From: a virus
Lineage: Duplodnaviria; Caudoviricetes
Direction: 5' to 3' (one strand)
DNA length: 64,000 bases
Virus record (IMG/VR): IMGVR_UViG_3300021431_000079
Span: 101,007 to 165,006 of that record
Part shown: positions 10,331-17,109 of the stretch, piece by piece
How the letters are laid out: every line of letters starts with the position of its first letter
Numbering within the stretch: position 1 is the stretch's first letter
Notes under the pieces: model-generated
The model's database searches: none
What the model was told of the DNA's origin: nothing
The model's input: the letters and a program-made list of their open reading frames with translations, nothing else
Translations under genes and position numbers: made by a program

Positions 10331-11431
10331 ATGAGTAGAAGTTTAGCACATATTGAAGAGATTAAAGCGCTTCATCCAATTGAAGGAAAAGATAGAATTG
10401 TTCTTGCTGAAGTGCTTGGGTGGACAGTTATTGTTCAGAAATCAGAATTTAACATTGGAGACAAAGTAGTATATGTAGAGATTGATTCTGTCCTTCCTGA
10501 GAAACCAGAGTTTGAATTTTTAAGAGATAAGAACTTTAGAATCAAAACTATGAAAATGGCAGGATACTATAGTCAGGGAATTTGTTTTCCGCTTTCCATT
10601 CTCCCAGAAACAAGAGAGTATAATGTTGGTGATGATGTTACAGACATTATTGGCATTAAGCAATATGAGCCGACAATGGATGATGATAAAGAGGTAATTA
10701 AAAACACGCCTCAGAATACAAAACAAAACACAAAGCATTATCCTGAGTTCTTAATGAAGTGGAAGTGGTTCAGAAAGCTTGTACTGCCAAAGAAACAGGC
10801 AAAAGGATTCCCTGATTTTATTAACAAAAGTGATGAAACGAGGATTGAATCTGCACCTTTTTATCTTCAGAATAAAACTCCAATGATCTGTACAGAAAAA
10901 ATTGAGGGACAATCCGGCTCGTTTGCGCTAAAGAAGATTCCTAAGAAACATTTTTGGCAAAAGACACAATATGATTTCATTGTTTGTTCTCGTAATCTCA
11001 GACTTTGGAATGAAAACAATTCATCATACTGGACAGTTGCGAAGAAGTATCATATTAAAGATGTTCTTATGAAGTTAATTGGCAATAATGATTTTGTCGC
11101 TATTCAGGGCGAATGCGTAGGAACTGGTATTCATAAGAACATTTATCATATTAATGGTTATGATCTTTATGTGTACAATCTCATTTATCCATCTGGAAGA
11201 ATGGGAAGTCTTGAAGCTAAGAAAATTATTGAAAAGAATGGAATGAAGTTCGTTCCTATTGTAAATGATAGCTATGTACTTCCTGATACCATTGAAGAGT
11301 TAAGAGAGTACGCACATGGACAAAGCGTATTATATCCAACACTTAGAGAGGGTCTTGTGATTAGATCAAGAGATGGACGTAGAAGTTTTAAGTGCGTTGA
11401 TCCTGAATATCTTATCAAGCACAATGCATAA
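10331..11431 (+). CDS. ATP-dependent RNA ligase (DRB0094/Rnl5-like)
   Basis: N-terminal OB-like domain (VYVEIDSVLP, SQGI); nucleotidyltransferase motifs TEKIEG, QGE, REGLV, FK. Confidence 0.85.
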   Translation: MSRSLAHIEEIKALHPIEGKDRIVLAEVLGWTVIVQKSEFNIGDKVVYVEIDSVLPEKPEFEFLRDKNFRIKTMKMAGYYSQGICFPLSILPETREYNVGDDVTDIIGIKQYEPTMDDDKEVIKNTPQNTKQNTKHYPEFLMKWKWFRKLVLPKKQAKGFPDFINKSDETRIESAPFYLQNKTPMICTEKIEGQSGSFALKKIPKKHFWQKTQYDFIVCSRNLRLWNENNSSYWTVAKKYHIKDVLMKLIGNNDFVAIQGECVGTGIHKNIYHINGYDLYVYNLIYPSGRMGSLEAKKIIEKNGMKFVPIVNDSYVLPDTIEELREYAHGQSVLYPTLREGLVIRSRDGRRSFKCVDPEYLIKHNA

Positions 11432-11586
11432 ATTAAAAAACATCAGTTAAAAGGACGCTTTAAAAAAAAAGGACACTTGGGACGCATCCCCTTGCCAAAG
11501 CCGTAGTGCGTGGCTGTAAATAACGGACGGTGGGATGCACGACAACCTGTTGGAAGAAGGCTTGGGTTGTCACTTAAAGGAGATAT

Positions 11587-11760
11587 ATGGTGGAAGCACT
11601 CAATAAGCGAGAAATTCATGAACAGCTTGATGAAATCAAAAGTATTGTTGAGATGAATGTTCATCCTGCTGTTTCGCCTGACAACTGGTATATCTATTCA
11701 AATCTGCATGATGAACTTGAGCAACTTGAACTGTTATTAAAACGAAATAACGTAATTTAA
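11587..11760 (+). CDS. Cassette micro-ORF (57 aa)
   Basis: AAGGAG RBS; MVEALNKREIHEQL... Confidence 0.65.
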   Translation: MVEALNKREIHEQLDEIKSIVEMNVHPAVSPDNWYIYSNLHDELEQLELLLKRNNVI

Positions 11761-11886
11761 ATAAAATTGCGGTTTCGCCACAGTATCGTTGATGGGCGTG
11801 TAATAAATAGGTGTGTAGCCTACTTGCAAAGACCTTCCGCATTCTATATTAAAGGGCGATTTGAAGCACAGGAGATAATTTTTAAT

Positions 11887-11973
11887 ATGCTGTTAGCGAT
11901 ATGCTTTTTATGCTTACCCTTTGCATGGACATATATGCTCTATATCTTATGCAAAGAAATAGACGAATTGTAA
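11887..11973 (+). CDS. Cassette micro-ORF, hydrophobic peptide (28 aa)
   Basis: AGGAG RBS; MLLAICFLCLPFAW... Confidence 0.45.
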   Translation: MLLAICFLCLPFAWTYMLYILCKEIDEL

Positions 11974-11993
11974 TTTAAAGGGGTAATAAGACT

Positions 11994-12155
11994 ATGGCGA
12001 TCATGAAATGGGAAGAACTTTCTAATGAACAGAAACAGGAATGCTACATGTCCTACTGCGAGGATGTGCGCTATGAGTGGGGAGATAGAGCTAAACCGAT
12101 GTCATACGATGAATGGTGCAAAGAATCAGAGGAACTTGGTGAAGCACTTTATTAA
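11994..12155 (+). CDS. Cassette micro-ORF, acidic (53 aa)
   Basis: MAIMKWEELSNEQKQECY...; the stop lies inside the next site. Confidence 0.6.
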   Translation: MAIMKWEELSNEQKQECYMSYCEDVRYEWGDRAKPMSYDEWCKESEELGEALY

Positions 12156-12167
12156 ATGAGTTTGGAT

Positions 12168-12251
12168 ATGTGGATAGTCCCATTACTTATTGCTGTTGGA
12201 TTTGGTGGCATTATTGTGCTTTTTGTGCTTATTGATAAAGATGAATCATAA
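12168..12251 (+). CDS. Cassette micro-ORF, TM peptide (27 aa)
   Basis: MWIVPLLIAVGFGGIIVLFVL... Confidence 0.5.
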   Translation: MWIVPLLIAVGFGGIIVLFVLIDKDES

Positions 12252-12271
12252 CTTAAAAAGGGAGTTTTGGC

Positions 12272-12373
12272 ATGATGGATGATTGGAAATTATGGAGGTT
12301 ATGGTTTATATTTACCATCGTCTGCTGTGTGCTATTAGTTATCCTTGACATTTTAGGTGTGCCAATTGATTAA
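12272..12373 (+). CDS. Cassette micro-ORF, TM peptide (33 aa)
   Basis: GGGAG RBS; MMDDWKLWRLWFIFTIVCC... Confidence 0.5.
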   Translation: MMDDWKLWRLWFIFTIVCCVLLVILDILGVPID

Positions 12374-12386
12374 AACGAGCAAAGCA

Positions 12387-12551
12387 ATGAGAAGGCGAAT
12401 TGACGCTACAATTTATTTTGGCGAAAACAGAAAAGAAACAACCGTTTTTGTGGATGAAAATGCCACATATGAAGAGATCTATGATGCAGTCATGAGCGAT
12501 GCTTTAGACATGATCGAAATTGAGTGGCACGAAGTTGAAACTGCTTTTTAA
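12387..12551 (+). CDS. Cassette micro-ORF (54 aa)
   Basis: MRRRIDATIYF...; the stop lies inside site 12548. Confidence 0.6.
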   Translation: MRRRIDATIYFGENRKETTVFVDENATYEEIYDAVMSDALDMIEIEWHEVETAF

Positions 12552-12577
12552 CGGATGCTTAAAAGGAGGGCTGAGGT

Positions 12578-12769
12578 GTGATCATTATTTTTGCAATAAT
12601 CGTTATAATTCATGCACTTTGGTATACATTTTTGTATGTCGAGTGGCGTAACGACTGTAAAGAGATATGTAAAGAAAATCTTGCCGTACCTTTATCAGAG
12701 CGGTTGTATAGCTCGTTCTTTTATATTACAATTCCATGTTTTGTTGGAGTGTTAATGGGTTTGTTATGA
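12578..12769 (+). CDS. Cassette micro-ORF, two-TM protein
   Basis: AGGAGG/GAGGTG RBS; two hydrophobic stretches. Confidence 0.6.
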   Translation: MIIIFAIIVIIHALWYTFLYVEWRNDCKEICKENLAVPLSERLYSSFFYITIPCFVGVLMGLL

Positions 12770-12942
12770 AAACTTTTCAATTTAAAAGTAACTGTCTTAA
12801 TTGCAAATATCATTTAGATAATTGTATTTGTGGAAAAGATGGCACAGATACAAGTGAATGGTTTATGGATGAGGTAACATGTTGTGAGCTATCCGAATCA
12901 GCCAAACAGTACGAATACACAATAAATACAACGCTAAATTAA
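12766..12942 (+). CDS. Cassette micro-ORF, Cys-rich
   Basis: MKTFQFKSNCLNCKY...; ATGA overlap. Confidence 0.55.
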   Translation: MKTFQFKSNCLNCKYHLDNCICGKDGTDTSEWFMDEVTCCELSESAKQYEYTINTTLN

Positions 12943-12957
12943 AGGGAGGCAATATCA

Positions 12958-13071
12958 ATGGAGAAGTATTCATACTATCTGGGCGGGAAACTGTATTTTG
13001 TCTTGCTGTCACCAGAAGAAAAAGTGCTTTTTGAGAATCGGTATGGTGTGTGCCTGTCAATAGTACGTTAA
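12958..13071 (+). CDS. Cassette micro-ORF (37 aa)
   Basis: GGAGG RBS; MEKYSYYLGGKLYF... Confidence 0.55.
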   Translation: MEKYSYYLGGKLYFVLLSPEEKVLFENRYGVCLSIVR

Positions 13072-13090
13072 AAGAGGAAGAGGCAGAGTA

Positions 13091-13312
13091 ATGTTCACGA
13101 AAAAGAAAAATGCAAGATTTGGCAGATATCCATGTTGTGATATGGTCAATAACGCCATAAGGCTCATCGCAAACGGAAAAACAGAACATGCCATTGAAGA
13201 ATTATATATGGCTATACAGAAAGCTGATGGTTATATCCATGAAGACCTTATTGATATAGTCAACGAGGCTCATAAGCAAACATGGAGTGAACGGCACGGT
13301 TTTGATTATTGA
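13091..13312 (+). CDS. Cassette small protein (73 aa)
   Basis: GAGG RBS; ORF track. Confidence 0.6.
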   Translation: MFTKKKNARFGRYPCCDMVNNAIRLIANGKTEHAIEELYMAIQKADGYIHEDLIDIVNEAHKQTWSERHGFDY

Positions 13313-13374
13313 GGTACGATTAATGAGCGTGATTATTAAGTGGTCATTTACAAATTAAAAGATCGGAGTATCGT

Positions 13375-13530
13375 ATGGCATATAATATTGGTGACACAAG
13401 GGTGTTTTATAGCCAGAAATATCGAGACGAAAAGGCAGACAAACTTGAGAAAATGGGATATCGCATTAAACGATATGATGGCCTGACCAATTATTTTTTC
13501 AAGGTGCTGGACACCCCAAGTCGTTTCTAA
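13375..13530 (+). CDS. Cassette micro-ORF (51 aa)
   Basis: GGAG RBS; the stop lies inside site CTAAAGGACGC. Confidence 0.55.
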   Translation: MAYNIGDTRVFYSQKYRDEKADKLEKMGYRIKRYDGLTNYFFKVLDTPSRF

Positions 13531-13538
13531 AGGACGCT

Positions 13539-13814
13539 ATGGATGAGAAGAAACTAAAAGGTTTGTGTAGAAATTGCATGTATCGTAAAAGATGTGAAGA
13601 TGCTAAACGGTATCTCAACATGATTGCATGTTCCAGTTATAGGATACATGGCAATAGGAAGAAACTCACTAAAAGGAGTGTAATCATGAATACTGTCTAT
13701 GATTTTGAAACTGCTATCAGCGAACTGATGGACAAGGCATTGAACAAACTTTCTCCGAATGAATTTGAAGTCCTTAAGGACAGAGTTTCTGTGATTCTTA
13801 CGGAGTATGACTAA
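13539..13814 (+). CDS. Two cassette ORFs read through in frame (second start at 13686)
   Basis: Internal site/RBS CTAAAAGGAGTGTAATC at 13669. Confidence 0.5.
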   Translation: MDEKKLKGLCRNCMYRKRCEDAKRYLNMIACSSYRIHGNRKKLTKRSVIMNTVYDFETAISELMDKALNKLSPNEFEVLKDRVSVILTEYD

Positions 13815-13847
13815 CATTAGAGACGCATATGGGAGCTAACACGAGAA

Positions 13848-14018
13848 ATGAAGGAAACATTTTTAGAGCTGTGTAAACTTTGGTCATTTGTACACTTCTG
13901 CGAATGGAATGGAACGTACACAAAAGCGATTGACGCATGTAAGAGAATTGATGTTGTCGCAAAAGGACATCCAGTGCTCAATTTTTTAGCGCAACATTTT
14001 TGCTCATTCTTTTGTTAA
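13848..14018 (+). CDS. Cassette micro-ORF (56 aa)
   Basis: MKETFLELCKLWSF...; the stop lies inside site 14015. Confidence 0.5.
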   Translation: MKETFLELCKLWSFVHFCEWNGTYTKAIDACKRIDVVAKGHPVLNFLAQHFCSFFC

Positions 14019-14031
14019 AGGATGTTTATAA

Positions 14032-14121
14032 ATGGGAAAAATTATATGTGTATTAACTGTATTTTTAGTGCTTTATTTGATATTAGCCGTTTTTTATGAT
14101 GACTGGTTTTTCTTTAAGTAA
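14032..14121 (+). CDS. Cassette micro-ORF, TM peptide (29 aa)
   Basis: MGKIICVLTVFLVLYLILAVF... Confidence 0.5.
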   Translation: MGKIICVLTVFLVLYLILAVFYDDWFFFK

Positions 14122-14134
14122 AGAAGTTCGATCA

Positions 14135-14305
14135 ATGAATGTTAGAAAAGACTGTTTTTATTACGAATATAACATAAGTACCAACACTGATTGTTGCACA
14201 TGCAACGAATTAGGAATTTGTCAATGCTCAGATACCTGTGAAGATTATGTGGATAGAGAGGAAATGTCTCAGTCTATTCTTCAGATATTAGAAAGGGTTT
14301 ATTAA
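14135..14305 (+). CDS. Cassette micro-ORF, Cys-rich
   Basis: MNVRKDCFYY...CCTC...CQC...C. Confidence 0.55.
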   Translation: MNVRKDCFYYEYNISTNTDCCTCNELGICQCSDTCEDYVDREEMSQSILQILERVY

Positions 14306-14318
14306 ACGGTGTTTATGA

Positions 14319-14525
14319 ATGATCAAGAAACATAAAATGAGTAATAAGCTTAAATGGTGTTTAGGTTTTAGCAAAGCTGTCGATCTTCGTGGGCATCCAA
14401 GATGGAGAACCCGAAAAAAGAATATTCACAGAGTTCAGAAAATGATGCGAAAAGCCTTCAGGCGATGGGGATGCTTTCCTTTACCGCCTGAGTGGAAACA
14501 AAACTCAACTATAAGGAGGGAATGA
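14319..14525 (+). CDS. Cassette small basic protein
   Basis: 68-aa ORF, HPRWRTRKKN motif. Confidence 0.55.
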   Translation: MIKKHKMSNKLKWCLGFSKAVDLRGHPRWRTRKKNIHRVQKMMRKAFRRWGCFPLPPEWKQNSTIRRE

Positions 14526-14527
14526 AA

Positions 14528-14662
14528 ATGGCTTGCCTTTGGTATTTAGGATTAGAAGCAACAGAAGAGTGCATAAAAACGTGTACTATAACAGAGAAAA
14601 ATAGGGATATTTGTGTGCGCCCAGAAACTTTAGACGCAGATGACGATTTTGAGTTAATTTAA
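14528..14662 (+). CDS. Cassette micro-ORF (44 aa)
   Basis: AGGAGG RBS; MACLWYLGLE... Confidence 0.5.
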   Translation: MACLWYLGLEATEECIKTCTITEKNRDICVRPETLDADDDFELI

Positions 14663-14680
14663 AGGAGTATAGATGAAAAC

Positions 14681-14815
14681 ATGATGCAACTAATAGCACA
14701 TGGCATAGCAAGTGGCAATCTTGTTGCATATATGATACTTTACATAATTCTTTTACCGCCAATAATGCTTATTTGTTTTGCTATTATTGACTGGATAAAG
14801 AACAAAAATAAATAA
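14681..14815 (+). CDS. Cassette micro-ORF, TM peptide (44 aa)
   Basis: MMQLIAHGIASGNLVAYMILYIILL... Confidence 0.5.
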   Translation: MMQLIAHGIASGNLVAYMILYIILLPPIMLICFAIIDWIKNKNK

Positions 14816-14831
14816 CTTAAAGGCAGGTATT

Positions 14832-14984
14832 ATGACAGTAAAGGAGTTGATTGAGAAATTACAGCAAGAAAATCCCGATACGCTTGTTTATACAACGGAC
14901 GATACAAATTATGATGATATTGCTTTAGTGACCGAAATTAGTAGAAATATACTTTTTGGAAAGGAGATCATATTTCTTCATTAG
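14832..14984 (+). CDS. Cassette micro-ORF (MTVKELIEKL type, 50 aa)
   Basis: Common small phage protein start motif. Confidence 0.6.
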   Translation: MTVKELIEKLQQENPDTLVYTTDDTNYDDIALVTEISRNILFGKEIIFLH

Positions 14985-15016
14985 ACGTATATGGAAGGAG
15001 ATTGTTTATTTTTATT

Positions 15017-15274
15017 ATGAATTTATTATTTTACAATAATAATGGCGAATGGCATAAACTGTGTGAAACATCTGAGTTTGAAGTAACCAATATAGAGACA
15101 GAAGAGATTACAGAAGGAAAACAGCAAACTCTAATGTTCGATGGCCACTATTCGTGTGATGGAGTGTTCACCCTTACAAAACAATCAAGAATCAAATTGT
15201 TGCAAAAAGTATTTTGTATGTCCAACAACTGGTTGCGTATGCATGGGTATCCGATGAAAAAGAAAAGGGAGTAA
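15017..15274 (+). CDS. Hypothetical protein
   Basis: ORF ending NNWLRMHGYPM. Confidence 0.55.
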   Translation: MNLLFYNNNGEWHKLCETSEFEVTNIETEEITEGKQQTLMFDGHYSCDGVFTLTKQSRIKLLQKVFCMSNNWLRMHGYPMKKKRE

Positions 15275-15276
15275 CT

Positions 15277-15693
15277 ATGATCAACGGATTAAGATTAAAA
15301 AACGCCTTATTGTGTCAAACAGGAGAGGGTAAAAAATATTGCAAGCATTGTTCGTATAATAACGATGATAAATGTGATATTAAAAAACTCTCGTCAGATG
15401 TGTTGGAGTATATCAAAACGGGTGAAGACACTTTTAATATGCTACAAGATGAATTATTAAAACACATGAAAGCGTCGGAGGGAGACCTTCAAATAGAACG
15501 AATAAATAAACATAATTCTTTCTTTGTACCAAAAGAGGAAGAGCCAACTTATAAGTGGATAATAGATGGACATCATATTATTTGTGAGCACTGTGGAATG
15601 TGTATGTGTAGGACAGATAGAGAAGGTGACACAATCCCGCATAACTTTTGTCCTGAGTGTGGTGTGAGGATGGAAGAAATAATAGAAGGGTAA
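15277..15693 (+). CDS. Zn-ribbon hypothetical protein
   Basis: CEHCG...NFCPECG. Confidence 0.6.
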   Translation: MINGLRLKNALLCQTGEGKKYCKHCSYNNDDKCDIKKLSSDVLEYIKTGEDTFNMLQDELLKHMKASEGDLQIERINKHNSFFVPKEEEPTYKWIIDGHHIICEHCGMCMCRTDREGDTIPHNFCPECGVRMEEIIEG

Positions 15694-15700
15694 TGAAAGA

Positions 15701-16054
15701 ATGGATGGATATTGTGCAAAGCATAATCGACCATGGACTATTATATGTATTGGATTCAATGAATGGGGCTATGGATGCCCTGAATGTCAAAAGGAAGGAA
15801 TGCTTATTCCATCATATAAAGCAGATACAATAACAATAAACACTCAACAAGGATGGGACAATAAAATGGAAAATCAACGAAATGAATTAACGAACGACAA
15901 AGAAGACAATAAATGCAGGTGTTGTGGCTATCATGGTTTGGAGCAAGGGGATACGTTATATATTTCTGCTGACTGGGATGGTGGAATCGGATTCGATTAC
16001 ATTCGCAATATAAAATACTGTCCTGTTTGTGGTAAAAAGTTACCCGAAACGTGA
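15701..16054 (+). CDS. Zn-ribbon hypothetical protein
   Basis: CPEC, CRCC, YCPVCGKKL. Confidence 0.55.
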   Translation: MDGYCAKHNRPWTIICIGFNEWGYGCPECQKEGMLIPSYKADTITINTQQGWDNKMENQRNELTNDKEDNKCRCCGYHGLEQGDTLYISADWDGGIGFDYIRNIKYCPVCGKKLPET

Positions 16055-16066
16055 TGAGGTGTTGTG

Positions 16067-16243
16067 GTGAAGAGATATAGATGTATAGAGTGTAAACATT
16101 GTAATGAAGATGAAAAGAAATGTTATCCTCAGTCGAAAGATTGTCAGGCTGAATATGACTTAACAGAAGATGATATTTATGAGTATTCAACCGAACGCTG
16201 TGATTTCTTTGAGGCGAAAGTTGAGAAGATGGAGGATGCATGA
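16067..16243 (+). CDS. Cys-rich 58-aa protein, paralog of 26277-26450
   Basis: GAGGTG RBS; MKRYRCIECKHCNEDEKKCYPQSKDC... Confidence 0.7.
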   Translation: MKRYRCIECKHCNEDEKKCYPQSKDCQAEYDLTEDDIYEYSTERCDFFEAKVEKMEDA

Positions 16244-16458
16244 AGAACATCTTGAGTTATCCTGTTGGAACAACGTTCTCTGGGAGTGAAATCAAAGAAT
16301 ATATCACATACCATTTAACACATGAAACATCTCATACAAAAACGGCAAAACAAATGGAAGAGTATCTATCTGTTAAAGACGAAGAAACCTATGTATTTTA
16401 TAAAGGAAGCTACGAATCCTCCGCTTCTTTCAACAAACCAATGTTTAAAAAGAGGTAA
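16240..16458 (+). CDS. Hypothetical protein
   Basis: GGAGG RBS, 72 aa. Confidence 0.6.
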   Translation: MKNILSYPVGTTFSGSEIKEYITYHLTHETSHTKTAKQMEEYLSVKDEETYVFYKGSYESSASFNKPMFKKR

Positions 16459-16556
16459 TTAAAAATGATTGGAATTATTATTATGACTTTTATTTTTGGT
16501 TTTGTATCAGGAGCATTACTTACAACGTATTATTATGATAAAGGAGAATAAATAAA

Positions 16557-16826
16557 ATGAAAACAATTATAGATAAATATATTTATTATACTGTAAGGTT
16601 TAACTTAAGTAGCTTGAAAGATTTTTGGGAAGTCATTATGAGGTTCTATGCCAACATGGACGCAATACAAGGAAAGTATATCGTTGATGCAAAGAGTCTT
16701 CTTGGAATGCATTCACTGAATTTACTTGAGCCTGTTGTGATTAAGGTGTATGAGGACGATCTTAATAAAGAGGAACAAATAGCACTGGATAAAGTGCTGT
16801 TGCCACTCAGTGTTAATGTTAGATAA
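16557..16826 (+). CDS. HPr-like protein
   Basis: YIVDAKSLLGM matches the HPr Ser46 motif; 89 aa; no His15 motif. Confidence 0.7.
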   Translation: MKTIIDKYIYYTVRFNLSSLKDFWEVIMRFYANMDAIQGKYIVDAKSLLGMHSLNLLEPVVIKVYEDDLNKEEQIALDKVLLPLSVNVR

Positions 16827-16852
16827 AACAAACAAGATATATGATTAAATTA

Positions 16853-16883
16853 AAATTCGGCTATTTCACAAGTAGCCGAATTT
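16853..16883 (+). terminator. Rho-independent terminator
   Basis: AATTCGGCTA-loop-TAGCCGAATT hairpin. Confidence 0.7.
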
Positions 16884-16905
16884 CGTTTAATGGGAGATAC
16901 TATAT

Positions 16906-17085
16906 ATGGAAGAAACTGACGAAAGAGATCATATTACAAATGATGAGTTAATACTTTTAAGCGCACTAAATCATATGTGCGAATCTGGAAAAATATCACA
17001 CAGCCTATTTACTTCTGTCCTTCGTGATTATAAATCAAAAGTTGACATATCTAAGTTCACATGCTATAATCATAATTACAAATGA
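16906..17085 (+). CDS. Small protein upstream of the integrase (possible directionality factor)
   Basis: GGGAG RBS; 59 aa, L..L...GKIS..LF pattern. Confidence 0.5.
   Translation: MEETDERDHITNDELILLSALNHMCESGKISHSLFTSVLRDYKSKVDISKFTCYNHNYK
17042..17070 (+). promoter_or_regulatory. Consensus SigA promoter for the serine integrase
   Basis: TTGACA-17nt-TATAAT with TG extended -10. Confidence 0.8.
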
Positions 17086-17109
17086 TTATAATTATATGTG
17101 AGGTTAGTT

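Larger units (their letters stand above)
11447..14994 (+). repeat. Array of micro-ORF cassettes delimited by degenerate TTAAA-N6/7-TTTAA-like sites
   Basis: Clearest sites: 11447 TTAAAAGGACGCTTTAA; 11849 TTAAAGGGCGATTTGA; 12253 TTAAAAAGGGAGTTTTGG; 12548 TTAACGGATGCTTAAA; 13527 CTAAAGGACGCTATGG; 13817 TTAGAGACGCATATGG; 14015 TTAAAGGATGTTTATA; 14302 TTAAACGGTGTTTATG; 14817 TTAAAGGCAGGTATTA. Confidence 0.65.

Noticed and set aside
11465-11845. tRNA genes or a known riboswitch/ribozyme
   Set aside because: No T-loop GTTCRA or cloverleaf, and no family consensus I could match with confidence.
11447-14994. CRISPR array
   Set aside because: The repeats are short and degenerate, the intervals vary from about 100 to 250 bp and encode ORFs, and no cas genes are present.
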